Below, piece after piece: positions 1 to 13,900 of a DNA stretch of 64,000 nt. A program made the position numbers and the translations under genes. Each line of letters starts with the position of its first letter. Within the stretch, counting starts at the first letter, position 1. This stretch comes from Chrysomallon squamiferum (taxonomy: Eukaryota > Animalia > Mollusca), in assembly GCA_012295275.1 (NCBI GenBank), contig CM022665.1, positions 29,016,001 to 29,080,000 of the forward strand. The letters are read 5' to 3'. Under the pieces are notes generated by a model. It worked only from the letters and a program-made list of their open reading frames with translations, was not told the origin of the DNA and did no database searches.

Positions 1-381
1 GTTACATTAACATGAAAATATAAACTGAAATCAACAATGAAAAATCAAACAGATTTTTATTACTTTTTTTTTAAAAATAAAAATAATTTTAAAAACATGT
101 ATCTCTTATTTATGAGAAAACTTGTTTAATTTTATATCTAAAAATTAAAAAGAATCTTAGGAATAATTATTTACTTATCAAAGATTATGTCTAAGTAAAA
201 ATAAAACACTGCTGCCTTTATGATGTTGCTGTGTCTAATCACAGTAGTATTACATTACTTCTCATTATCATTTCAAATGACAATTAAAAACACAATACTT
301 TTTAACATATATAATGTGATCATGGTTACACTCTTTTATTTTTATAGTCTTATTTGAAAAACAAAATTCTTTCTTTCTTTT

Positions 382-1280
382 TCAGTTACTTTCTTCTATT
401 CCCCAAGCTTCATAGTCTGCCTTCTTGATCTCCAGTCCACCCAGAGTTTCCCCTGACCAGTAGTATCCTAAACAATATAAATAAATTAATTAATTACTTA
501 ATTAAAATAATAATATTAATAATAAAAATTAAACAATATTATATCCATAACCAAAACACATACAGACTGAGATATATATTCCTGTATTATTTACACAAGT
601 GATGCTGTATGGAAAAATAATGCATTGTCAACATGTATTTGGTTATTTGTACATTATTACAAGTTGATCTTCCATCAAGAATTTTTGTAAATATACAATG
701 CTGTAGCATTTAAAGATCAGACTAAAGAAAAACAATTACCTTTAAGAATGGATGGAAAACTATTATACATTTTGAAGCGAAATTCTGAAATAAATGTAAA
801 AGAAGATTTGGTAGACAACTAACAGTATATCAGTAGCAAATAAAAAGAAGTCTTACTATAGGACATTAAGAATAATTTTAATAGACAAACATTATTATTC
901 ATCCCTAAAGTGCTTAGAAAGATATATTATGTTTCTGATTAATATGATATGATATTCAAATCATGAATCAAGGACACAAAACATTCATAATTCATACTGG
1001 TCAATATTTTGATAATAAGATGGCTTTTTAAATGGAAATAATAAATGTTTCCATGACAAAACTCAGCAGAAAAGTGTGTACGCATTATGACAAATAAAAG
1101 GATAAAGGTAACTCAAGCATACTGGATATTATCCATTTGATATCTGGTATTACCTCTAGATCTGTTCATTCTGGACCAGACATAATAGCTAATAGCAACA
1201 AATGCTAATTCTGCAACAACAGCTACTTTAATGCCTGTAACCAAAAAACTAAGTCCACTTTTCTTTGGTTTCTTCAACAT
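382..1280 (-). CDS. CEBPZOS: CEBPZOS-like small single-pass membrane protein (~85 aa); exons 1280-1154, 784-740, 467-382
   Basis: Spliced translation MLKKPKKSGLSFLVTGIKVAVVAELAFVAISYYVWSRMNRSREFRFKMYNSFPSILKGYYWSGETLGGLEIKKADYEAWGIEESN*; GT-AG introns with consistent phase 1/1; follows the recalled CEBPZOS pattern (vAEl..v..y....kM..sqdFR..M...yP.ILe.YY...E..G...i.e.D...W). Confidence 0.85.
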
Positions 1281-1327
1281 CTAGAACTGCAACATATAAT
1301 CAAATAATTGAGTTCTCTGATAATTCT

Positions 1328-1388
<61 letters not shown>

Positions 1389-2097
1389 AAATAACAATAA
1401 AAAATTGCGAATTACTGAATGAAGTTGTATGTAAATCTGAAAATTACTCATATCCTGAATCTTAGATTATCGTATCAACCTAAATTTAATGCCTATCAAT
1501 AGTTTATTAATACGTGAATACAGAGAAACACAAACGTCATTGAATATAAATTACATTTAGTGATTTACACATTCAGATTCTGTTCTCAAACTCAAAGGAT
1601 GACGTTGGGAAATTAATAATTTACTGTTCTATCAGGATAAAAAATAAAAAAATAAATTTAAAAAAACCATGATAATTACGTTTAACGAAACAGATACACA
1701 AATCCGTGCTTAGTTGCCTTTACGGTTTTAGTGAACATGAAAGTTATCTTACTAATGTCAACCAAAACACACGTGAACAGGGGCAATAACTCCTTCTGTT
1801 AAAACTGAAAATAATTTTTGAAGAACATAATTTTGGCATAGGACAATCCTTCTTAAAGCGACAATAATAATTTATTTATTATTTTATTACAAACTATTTA
1901 ATAATCGATATCGCTTTATTGTCCATATGTACAATTTATATATTTGAAGTCCTTTTCCAGGACTATCAAAAGTTACATTTTTCTATTTGTTTAATATTCG
2001 CTTATATCTTTAACAAATTACTTCCGTTGTTTGCCACGATGAAAAGAACAAAATTAATACTGTCTTAAAACACACTGAAATGGCAAATTATCACTCA
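1281..2097. promoter_or_regulatory. Probable bidirectional promoter region of CEBPZOS-like/SLC30A6
   Basis: Head-to-head start codons ~0.8 kb apart; local CpG enrichment; ETS-like ACTTCCG at ~2020; AGGGGCAATAACTC at 1779-1792. Confidence 0.55.
1331..1388. repeat. (AAAT)n microsatellite
   Basis: Direct reading of the tetranucleotide run. Confidence 0.95.
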
Positions 2098-5000
2098 ATG
2101 CCGGATTTGATAAGCAGCAGTGTATCTCTAAAAGTTGAGGGTAAGTAATTTTTATTTATGAAAGGTAACAATAAAAACAGAGATCTCAGCTTACAGGTTA
2201 TTATCCGTGTTCAATGAGACTGATTGAGTCTGTGAATGTGACGTTTGTCATCAGTCGGTTCTGTCATCACTGTCAACGACTCAGTTATTGACTTAATGAT
2301 TGCACAAGCTTTTATACCATTATTTATTGATCGATTTATTTTCACTGTACTTTACTTTATTGTCTGCACTTTTTCAATAATAATTATGCTACACATAACA
2401 CTGATAGTGGTATTATTATTAATATTATTATTCATAATGATAGATTATCATTATCCGAACTTATTTTGCCATAATTACTTAAAATTACTGTATATACATT
2501 TCCGTCATTTGCTGTATAATGTATTTATTTTCAGATGACAGGAAAGATGGGACACATTATAACACCTCCGTGAGTTTTTATATATTTTATTGCTGTTGTC
2601 ATTTTTTCTTCTTCTTTTCTTTCTAACTAGTAACTTAATGAAATCTAAAAGATATCTCCCATCCATAGTTTCTTTTTCTTATAGATACAACATTATTATG
2701 TTGGTATTACAGTTCAGTACTATCATCACCAAATGTAATAAATTGTTAATTACTGAAAACAAGTTGCTGTTACAAAGCAGAAAGTATTTATATTTTATTA
2801 ATTTATTTTATCTTTCTTTTCTTTATCAGTTCATGCATCACATTACACTAATTTACAGTCATACTTATATATCATTTCTGAACATACATCTGTATATTTT
2901 TTTTTTTTTTTTTTTAAATACATATATTAAAAAATAGTTTTTAAATACCTTTCTAAAGGTTTAATTAAAATAAAAATAATAATAATAATAATAATAACAA
3001 TTTACAGGTGTATAAATTTTTCATCAATATGTATAATTGTTTTAATTTAAATTTTAATATTTTTGCTTTCCCCAACTAATAATATTTCCCCCATCATTAT
3101 ATGGCTATTTTTTATACCTTTCTTTCCAGGGTCCCATCTACCCATTTATCCATGGAAACAAAACTCTCTCAAACACAGTGTTACGGGAAATCTCACAGAT
3201 ATTACAACTTAAAGAAGTAAGTTTTAAGTTCAATCTTAAAAAATAATAATATATATATATATATACAATAAACCTTGCCTAAGTTGTCACTAATGATGAC
3301 TTACGCATAACTCATCATAATGACTACTTGTAAATGTAAGTTGGCAAAATAGCAACTTATTCTAGCGTGTTCTCTAGTAGAAGCAGCCACAATGATCCGC
3401 TTTCATTGGTGTTATATGTGTGCTGTGATTCATATCTCTGGAGAATATCCTTCAGTTTTTCTGTTTTTCATTCAACTACTGCTGTATTAACGGCCACAGA
3501 TTCACCCCCTTTAAGCACTTTTCCAATTCCCCATTTTTCCTTAAAATGATCAGTCCAACTGTCATTCAGTTTTAAACTGTCCTCATGACCAAGCAGCTTA
3601 ACAAAGCCTCATGCTTTATGAAGTAGCATTTCTCCATCAATATGAATTTCAGGTCTAGCAGCCATTTGTCAAAACCATTTAATTAATGTGGAGTCAACAT
3701 CTTCAAATGTTACGTGCTTGGTGCATTTTGTACCATCTTTACTTGAATCTGAATGCTAACTGTTCTCGATGGCCTAGATCAGTTTTGATTTCTTTTTTAA
3801 AATGTCATTTAATGTTGTGCTGGGAATCTTGAATCTCACTGCCATCTGACACTTTTTCTTGCCACAAATTGCTTCTCAATACTTAATTATTTCATACTTT
3901 TCCTTGTAAGTTTTGGTATGTTCATATCAGTATCCCAATGCACAGTGCCCATCTACATCCATGCCTGTAGCATGTGTTAGTGGGTAAATTGTGCGAGACT
4001 GTTTTGAGGGAGTTCCCACTGATGACTTAGAGCTAGAAATGAACTTAGATTTGATGACTTAGAGAGGGATATTTCATTGGAAACATTACACAGTATTGGG
4101 ACTTTTGCTAAGGTGATGACTTATGCACTTTAATGACTTAAACGCAGACGACTTACACGAGGTTTACTATATATATATATATATATCTTTCATATTTGTA
4201 AATGTATACACAGGCTTCAAATTTTGGGGTTTAATCATAAATGTTGGGGCACCAAGGCAAGTTAATTTTTATCAAGTCTTCACAGAAGTCAATGAGGTTA
4301 CTGCAGCTATATTATGGCCATCAACTAATCAAAACTATAGTTACTGGAACTATGAAATATAAAAAACTGGATATCTTTACACATTCAGCACATACTCCAT
4401 GGCCGTTAAGCTCCTGCTCTTTGGATTTTTTATTTATATAATATATCTTGCTGTGGCATTTCTTGTTTAAAAGGGACAATAGATATACCTATTAACATAA
4501 CACTGACATCATTCCATTGAAGTATTGTGTAATTATGAAAATACAGCCATGCCCATGTTGTTGCACTGAAGAATTGAAAGAATGGTTCACTTTGACAAGA
4601 AGTTGTACTGTAAAATATTTAAAAACTGCCAAGAAATATGTGTTTTATATTTTAGATGGTCAGTGGGATTTATGGGAAAGGCACAGAAGTAAACTAGGTA
4701 GACCACGAGGTTTTATTCATTACATGATGTTATCATTATTAATACAACTGTAAAGATTTTAAAGGATGTGTTAATATATTGTTTCAGGGCAAGAAGATCA
4801 TGATGTTTCTTGTGTTTAATGTTATTTGTACAGCCACTCTTCTGACATGGTGTCATTCTTCAAACAGCATGGGTAAGCAAGAATTTTTGTTTTTACCGGT
4901 ATTTATAAATTTCTGACAGTCTCAGGTTAAATTAGATGTTTGACTGTGTGAACAAAGATCTGAAAAACTTTTGTTTCTGTACTTCTTGTTTTACATACAC

Positions 5001-8000
5001 CAGAAAATACAGGCAATTTGAGCTAGATAGAATATCTTAGATGCTGACATTTTCTTTTTTATCTGATATCAATTTCTGCACTGTCTTTCACTTAAGTCTT
5101 AACTCTGAATTTGTAATTGCCATTCTGTAAAAAATATTTTATTTCTTTTTCAGCTCTAACTGCATACACATATCTTACTATATTTGATATATTAAGGTAG
5201 GTTACTATCAGTGATTGATATGGATAAAAAGAAAATTAACAAATTACTTATTAATAATAGTGATGCTGTAAAAAACATTTTTGTAATGTTTGAAAATGTG
5301 ATAAATTAGTATTAAAAATTATTATTAATAGTATAATTTACCAAATTTATTAATATTATTTTTATTCTTTGTTATAAATGCAAATTGGTTTAAATTAACT
5401 GAAAGTAATAAGTTAACGTGAAAGAGTAAATTTTATTAAAATATTTAAATGGTATGATTGTCTGAATAGTGTCTTAACTTTTTTCTTTCAGTCTTTTAAC
5501 ATGTCTTCTAACTTTGTGGGTCCAAAGGCAACATCCATCGCCTGCTTATTCATTTGGGTGAGAAAATCTTCCACATATTAAATATAGTTTGGTTTGTACA
5601 AATTACATAACATATCTGACAGTAGATATAATTACAGCCACAGTCATTTATCATCTTGTATGAAAATGTTTGATATGCCCTGGTATCAGTCTGACACTTT
5701 AGAGATTACTGTAAAGGTTTTCATTAAAATACATTGACCATGGACATGTGGATTCATAGTAAGTTGTGGTAGACACACAGTATTTTACAGGAAAATTAGA
5801 AGGAACTAACTGCATATTATTTAATTATGTATTTATTTTAAATTCAGTTACGAACGTTTTGAAGTTTTGGCTGTTTTTGCAAGTACCATGCTAGCTCAGT
5901 TAGGAGCTTTCTTTATTATCAAAGAGAGGTATGTGAATCTATCAGTTAATCTGCTTATAATTATTACTTATTACTATATTACTTCCAACAGTAATATTTT
6001 TTAATCTCAGAGTTTTCTATTTTTCCATCAAAAATATATTGATCTAAACTTTTTCAGAAATGTAATTATGCATCTTTATTAATTTACAATAAGAACTATT
6101 TTTCTTATGACATGAAAAACAAATTACAAAATTTTATATCAAGCATTTGGATTAAAAAGTTTTTTTATTTTAAATGATAGCTAATTTACACAAAAGTAGC
6201 AAAATGAAAATGTAAAATTTGTAAAAAGTATTGAAATCTATTCTCCAAGTGTTATTTTAATAGACATGTACATAAATTATTTTAATAATATTTTAATTTT
6301 TCAGTGTTGCCTGCCTTCTTCAGCAGAAGGAGGTGCATACGTAAGTTTTAATTGTCTATTTATGGAATAAAACTTAATTTTCCATTTTGATAAATATTGT
6401 ATTTACGATCCTTATTTCAAAGCACTTAGTTAACCATATATAAATACCAATAATCAGGTACAACTAAAACCATATTCAAATAGGTTTATTCAGTTTTTGT
6501 TTCTTGTCATCTACAATTCATTTCTCTCTCTGACTCAAAATTTTATTTTATACATATTGTAGAGGACGTCTTCTGCTTGGAACTTTCTTGGCCTGCTTTG
6601 TTCATCTCATTGTAACATTTGGTGTGAAGAATCGAGCAGTGAATCATGTAGTGGAGGCTTCCAGTTCCAGCTGGTTACAAGAACATATGACAGATATGAG
6701 TGAAAGGTAGACATTCCCTTCTTTCATTATTTTTATTTTTTCATAACCACAAAAATAAATCCAGTAATTGTCTGTGAAATTAAATTCAGCTAATAGTTGT
6801 AATCTAGAGAAATGGGTGTCTAAGAAAAATTGTAAGTCACTGGTTTCAATAAAAATAATAAATAAATTAATTAAGGACAAAATTATATATTAAAATTTAC
6901 AATAAAATACTGTTTTACTCAGTAATATTTCCTTGGATAAGACCTCTGTTAAGACAGGTTATCAATAATCTAACTTAATTATTTTACAAGTTATAATTTA
7001 ATGTTTCAGCAAGTTTTTAAGTATGAAAAAAAACCCTGCAAACTAACCACTATTTTCTTTCAGCCTCTGTCATGTTATTCCTGGGCTAAGCAAAATATTA
7101 TTACCAAGACTCAACCCATTTGTGATCATTGCTTTTGCTGGAGGAATTTCATTATTTATAGCACATGTTCTCATAGATACCAAGTAAGATTTTAATATTT
7201 TTAAATGAGTATATATATATTATAGAATGCTATATCTATTAATTAAATTGATAACAGGTTATATGTTAGTTCTTATAATCATCAATTTTATAGTACTAAA
7301 AGAAGATGTATTTTATATTGATTTTCAGTACATCCAATTTTAAAATTTATTAGTGCTTGTTTATTTTTGTTTTTTTCTAAAAAGTTAACTTGAAGTAAAA
7401 AAAAACAACAACAAAAATTTCTTTACAGGATGTACTACTCTGCAGACACATGGGTTGCTGTTTGTATAGCCATAATGACATGTGGTACTCTATTTCCCAT
7501 GACAATTTATACTGGAAAAATACTCTTACAGGTAAATCATTTGTTTTAGTTTCAAACTAGGGATGGTGATGTAATGTGAAAACTTAATTTCTATTGTTGT
7601 TGTTGTTGTGGGTTTTTTTTTCATATTCTAATATCATTTTAGGTACATTATTTTTATTTGTAATTTATTAATTTTCTTTTTTTTTTTCCTTTTGTTTTTC
7701 TTTTCTTTTTTAGACAGCACCTTCTCACATTCTGGGACAGCTTGATAAAGTCCTAAGAGAAGCTTCAACTCTTGATGGTGTACTGGAATTCAGAAATGAA
7801 CACTTTTGGACACTTTCATTTGGCACTTTGGTAATTTGTTATGCATTATTTAGTCAAAATGTTAAAGAATTATTGATTAGACATAATTAATTCTGTGTCT
7901 ACAGTAACTTGTTTTACTAGAATATTTTGTGCGTTTTTTTCAGGCTGGATCGCTGCAAGTTAGAGTGAGGAGAGATGCAGATGAACAACTGGTTCTTGCA

Positions 8001-8336
8001 CATGTATTCAGTCGCCTGTCTAGTCTTGTTTCACTTCTCACAATCCAAGTATTCAAAGATGACTGGACAAGGGCTTCAGCTTATGCCATGGCAAGTTCCT
8101 CTGCATTTGGTTACCCAAGTCAGATTCCAGTTTTAAGTACAAGGGCTCAGTCTCCTATAGACAAATCATTATCAGCATTTCAGCCAGCCCAATTTAAAAC
8201 ATCATCAGTAAATTCTTTTGTTGGTGTGGTGCCACCTCCATCTAGAATATCTGAAAACATAAGAACATCTTTGCTCACATCTGCAGGAAGGGGTAGCAGT
8301 GACATGGCAGGATTTTCAGCTGTGAATCTTTCATAA
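2098..8336 (+). CDS. SLC30A6: Zinc transporter 6 (CDF family), ~450 aa, 13 exons: 2098-2140, 2535-2569, 3130-3216, 4788-4872, 5154-5196, 5492-5557, 5848-5928, 6305-6340, 6563-6706, 7064-7183, 7429-7531, 7714-7830, 7944-8336
   Basis: ZnT6 motifs ALTAYTYLTIFD, PSPAYSFGYERFEVLAVFASTMLAQLG, SSWLQEH, GQLDKVLREASTLDGVLEFRNEHFWTL, VRVRRDADEQLVLAHV; all introns GT-AG and in phase. The first two short exons are less certain. Confidence 0.95.
3266..4169 (-). mobile_element. Decayed Tigger/pogo-family DNA transposon in SLC30A6 intron 3
   Basis: Imperfect TIRs (caataaaccttgcctaagttgtc vs gacgacttacacgaggtttact) bounded by TA runs; minus strand gives stop-interrupted CENP-B-type HTH sequence (KEKYEIIKY...RFKIPSTTLNDILKKK...FEDVDSTLIKWF...IDGEMLLHKA...SWTDHFKEKWGI); most of the DDE domain is missing. 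Confidence 0.85.
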
Positions 8337-10532
8337 TTGGACAGTAGTTATCTCAATTACAGAACAATTTCTTACATTTAAACTACTGTAATTAAGGTTT
8401 CTTACAATAAGAAGTCTTGTTATTTATTTTTTGAAGAATGTTGGAGACCTTGTATGAAAGTGTTTTTTTCTGCTTCAAAGAAAATAATTTGTTTGTTCAG
8501 CAACTGGAAGTTGATATTTATTTGTGTTCATTTATTTATGAACAAAATTATATGTACAGGTTGTAAAGCACCTCTTTGAACTGACAATGGTTAATGCTAG
8601 ATCTCATCTTTTTGATGACATCATATAAAAAACCACAAATTAATTTTTGTCACAAGACTGACATGGCAATTTCTGTATATTTTTCAATAAAGTTTATTAA
8701 GCATTTAAAGCTGACTTATTCTGTTATTTGTAAATAAATATTAAAGAAAAGCATAATAACAAAGTGGGTTTTTTTTTTTTTTTTTTTTATTCACTTAGTA
8801 AAAATTAAATTAAACAAATAAAACAATTGTAGGACATTTTATGCTATAACTTAAATAATAATTCCTTCAGTTATTAAATTAGTACTTAAAAGACTTTGTA
8901 GGCAGTTCATAAACTAATATCAATATCCAAATAAATAGAAAGAAAAACAAAGTATAATTTACATAGTGATATATCACACTAGTTTTAAAACTGCTTCTCA
9001 AAACCAAAACCAACTCTCTAAAACTGTTAACTAATTAACTGATGCATACCAGATGATAAAACAAGTTTAGTGTTAGAAACTGATCTAAGCTGGTGTGTTC
9101 TAATTTTTCTGAAGGTTAAATGTAGGACATTTCACTAGGTCTGTCATTAATACAGTAATGCTATTTAATAGTTCAAGAGTACAGCAGAATTTAAATATTA
9201 ACAATAACAGGAAATGTGTGTCACTTCTAATGTTTGTTTTAAAATAATTATCAGCATACATATATGTATGTATACATGTACTTCAACTTTGACTAAAAAT
9301 TCAAATGAAAAGATGTTACCAGAAATTTAACTGACATTTTTTTCTTTTCTATATTTTTTCTAACTTACAATATATATATTTTTTTTAAATTTACTTATTT
9401 GGTGTATTGTTGTAAAATTTCAAATTTAAAACATTTGATAAGTTCTTATCCTACAATCGTCTCTGCTTACTCCTTTTTTTTAAAATACATTTTCAAAGGG
9501 CCATAAAGAAGGTACATAAATACTGAAAACAGTTATTTTGTTAGCAAAGTAACAACAACACACAGGCTGAGACTAAATGAAATGAAGATGTTATGTTTTC
9601 TTATATATATCCTGAAAAAAATATTTATAAATCTGTTTTGATTATTATGTACATTCCATTTCCTAAATGAGAAATATATATTGTGTATTACTGACATTAA
9701 CTGTGACACAGAATTTTTATAAACTATTGTTTGCTATTAAAAAATCAGTAACATTTTAAAATTATTTAATGATACTAGGAAAGTTATAAATGAAATTTAA
9801 TCTTCATGAAATGTGTCAACTATTTGATTTACCCCATAATGTATGGTTAAAAATGAGCTTTTTGAGCAACTTTAAATATTTATAGAGGTGAAAAAAACAC
9901 ATTTTTATGATCACTGTCTTGTTTTTTTGTGTTTCAATGCTAGCTTATCAGTAGATGTAATATGAATGACAACAATCTCAAATACACACACTATATTAAA
10001 CTAACTAGTTAACATACCACAGTAATTAAAACATTACCAAACAAACAACATCATATTTTGACTAAAACTGAACAATAATGCATCACAGTTTGTTGGAGAA
10101 TATTGTGAATATATTAAAACAATCAACAATTAAATTATGGAGTAAATGGGGTTAATCAATGGGAATGGAAGACTATTTTTGCTTTTGTTACTTGTACATA
10201 TTCCTAACCTGTTGCATGGATTGAAATCCTTTCACAGAAAGAGTTAATCTTTATGTTTATGGCACAAATAATGATAATTGTTTTAAACAACTGAATAATA
10301 TTCCAAAGACTATTCCACAATTTAATAAACTTACCAGTCACAAAAGTTCCACAGATGACAACATATTACAAAATGATTAATGTAAACTGATCATTTGGTA
10401 TCAGTTACAAATTACTCCATAGATTCAATAATGGTTGTGGAATGTGTGGTGAGGAAAATATCCAGAAATAGGCAAGACAAAACATTTTGTGGATAAATAT
10501 CTCAAACAGTGAAAATGAAAAAAATTTCAATT

Positions 10533-10965
10533 CTATTTGTAGATCAAATATTTGGGGTTGTTCTGTGGCTGGCGGAATAATGAGTAGTGCAAAATAACAG
10601 CAAATATTAAGGATCCAGTTCTCACAGGTCCAAGAACTAAAGCTTTTGTCCCATAAGCTCTGGGAAACTCTGTCAAGGTGATGTATGCTTGAAATACCAA
10701 CATCATCAAAAAAGGCAGGTCTAACTGGAGAAGTTTGTGCAGTTTGCATATTTTCCTTACTCTAATCAATCTGACATTGCCTTTGGCAATATACAGAAAA
10801 TCTATAGTATTACTAACAAGCAGTAGAAGAGGTATGTTAAAAGTTATCATCTGGAAAAGAAAAAAATATATACATGATTTTTTTACAAAATTAAAGACAC
10901 ATTTCAACCACACGCATGCACACACACACACACACACATCTGTATCTGTATATGTATATACATTA

Positions 10966-10997
<32 letters not shown>

Positions 10998-13900
10998 CTG
11001 TATCTGTATCTGTATCTATCTATCTATATCTATATTTATATCGATATCTAAATAGATATATATATATATATATATCCATAATAATATATTCATATTATTT
11101 AAAATTAGTGTATTAAAGTACCTGAAAAATCCCATAGAAATAAGTATGGCTACCAGGCATGAATGTTCCTTTTACAAAGATTCCCCAAACAAACACTACT
11201 CCAGTGTGTCCTTCCAACATTTCTCCAGCAAACCAGGGACCTGTTAACAAATAAAATATAACATAAAGGCATTACATCTGTTGTATTATATTTTTCAAAT
11301 TTCATATTTCAAAACACAAACCTACCCAGACACACAAAATAATGACATCTAGCCAAATCATAGCACAGATAAACACATACTCATTGACCACATCAACCTG
11401 TGTTGTATTGATTAAGATATAAATAAATGAAGAATTCAGATTTCTGAAACAAATAGTAAACATAACAATAATAACATTAAAAGTAAGACTATAGTTAAGC
11501 TCTACTTTTTATCAGTTAAAACTTGACCAACAAAAGCATATTGTTAACATTATTTATTTGTTAAAATCCTGAAAAAATCTGTTCATTTCAAACTTAGATC
11601 TTACCAAATGTAATGTACAGAACACATCCTAGAAGGGAGTAATAAGTCACAGTTTAGCCTAGCTGTCAACCACAGTTTCCACATCCATCTGTTGATCAAG
11701 TAATGTAAAATACCTTCACCTACAGATATAAACATTTCATTAACCATACAGTCAATCTGAAAACACTGCATAGATATTCATTTAAAAAAAAAAAAAAAAA
11801 AAACACACAAATATATCTAAAATTTATAGGTTATCACATTTTGAGAACTAAATAAAGCCAGTCATAAAATTCTCACCTTCTAAAAAGAAGTTTCTTATAT
11901 TTGTTGATTGTCTTAAAAATCCAAGAAGCAAAATATAAGAAAACACCAACAGAGCATAAAGAAACTTTCCCTGCAATAAAAGTAATGTTTTATTTTACTA
12001 TAATTTATTATGTTAGTTAGGAATCTTTTTAGTTTTACTATTATTATTAAATAGAAATGGGCTTCATAGAGTTGTAAGGGATAAAATAAACAATCATTGC
12101 TGTGCCTGCTGTCTATTTGACAACCCAGCACATATGGCATATTATTGGCCATGATAAAAATATTTTTTCATCTATGAAAATATAAAAGCAACTGATTCCT
12201 ATTCATTAATAGCAACTCATGAAGTGTGGCAAAAAGTTTCTGCACTTATATCAATATCATAACTGTTCATCTAAAGCATACCGAATAATTTAAAATGAAT
12301 TTAAAATGATTATCCCAAAACTTACAGCTGTAAATATATTAACCATCAGAAGGAGACGTGGAATTAGTGGAAATTCTGCTTCAGTCCCATCTACTGAGAA
12401 CTGCTGTAAAGTTGATTTAGTTATGCCGTTAACATCCTGCAAAAACCAACCAAAAAATAAATAAATACATTTTAAATTTTTTTTGGCTTTTGTGTGTCTT
12501 AATAATTAAAAAAGGTCTAAAATAATAATTTTTAGCCATAGATTGTGGAAACAATATATTACCACTTCATGTTTCATACCATTGTTTGGTGAACAAATCA
12601 TAGAAAAAAATCCTTATTTATGTATTACTGCATGAAATCTAGTTACAATCACATCATAAGTCTTATTATAACCAAATGCCAGGTTAATAGATAAATAAAA
12701 ATATTACCATAACTACTACTTCAATTTTATGAAGACCTGTGGAAAGTATGTCTGGATTCCATGAAATAACATACAGGGGCCCATTTACATGTTTTGCCTC
12801 TCCAAGAAAGTCATCATCAATATAAACTGATACAGACGTTATCTCCAGCTGATGAAAGACAAGAATCCTGTAAAATAATTTTAAAAAACACAAGGTAAAG
12901 AAGGAAAAAAGATGCATAATATAATATAAGACATACACACACATTTATCAGCACTGGACTATTGATTATTTAAATATTAAAATGATGGTAGGAGTTAATA
13001 AATAAATATATATATTAATGTCATATAGACATAGAAACACATATTGAAATATTTTATTTGTTAAGTATTTTTGGTTGTTGTTTTTTAGTTGTCTCTCCAA
13101 AAATATATTTATCAATATAGTAAAGTGTACAAGAATATTAAAAACAAATGTAACAATATTCATAACTTTCGAAGTAAAATATGATATAGTTGTTCAAGAA
13201 CACTAACCTTACATGAGTAGACATAGGGATTCTATTTAGAGGTTCAAATGGAGTCATATATTGGGCATTCTTGGGATTAGTAATCAAAATAACTGGCCAG
13301 TCTCCAAGACGTACATCAACAAAGGACAGCAGATCATAATCCACAGCCAAAATCCGAAACCTGAAAAGATATGTAAATTTATTTACTTCAAAACTTTTAG
13401 ATTTTTCATGCAAATTACAACATTAGTCAAAACCTTTTCTTTCTGCATTTTGCATGTGTGTTTGTTTGTGTGCATGAATCACTGATTGTGTGTGTCTGTG
13501 TATGTATAAACATCTTACATTCTGTTATCACGCCAATCTCCCAATTCTAATTCTAGAGTGCCAGTTTTTTGTCTGGTGTACATGTTAGTTACAAATCCAC
13601 CCAGGGTGTGTAGATGACCACAGAGATAAACGATTCCATTCCTAAAAAATCAAAAGATAAAAACTATAATAATGGTATATATGGAGAAATCTATTTGATG
13701 TAACATAACCAATTTCCCAAATTACATGATATCAGCATACATTCAAATTATGGGATCTAACAAGAATGAAAAAAAGTGTTAAATATACAATGTGTATGCA
13801 TATGTATAAATGTATATATGCGCACGTGTGTGGTGTGTGTGTGTGTGTGTGTGTGTTTTAAAACAATAAACTGAACAAATAAATTAATAATACTATTTAA

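Noticed and set aside
2245-2937. ORF-track ORFs rich in F/L/I/Y (and similar ones at 28958, 32098, 34674, 42726, 52562, 54754)
   Set aside because: Translations of AT-rich intronic or intergenic DNA and poly-T runs, often with non-ATG starts; no family motifs.
9941-9958. miR-21-like TAGCTTATCAG
   Set aside because: Short match with no precursor hairpin evident; miR-21 is a vertebrate family.
11655-11664. Programmed +1 frameshift at GCT AGG C (Ty1 CTT-AGG-C-like) in TMEM62
   Set aside because: A shift there runs straight into TAA in the +1 frame; a simple indel explains the exon better.
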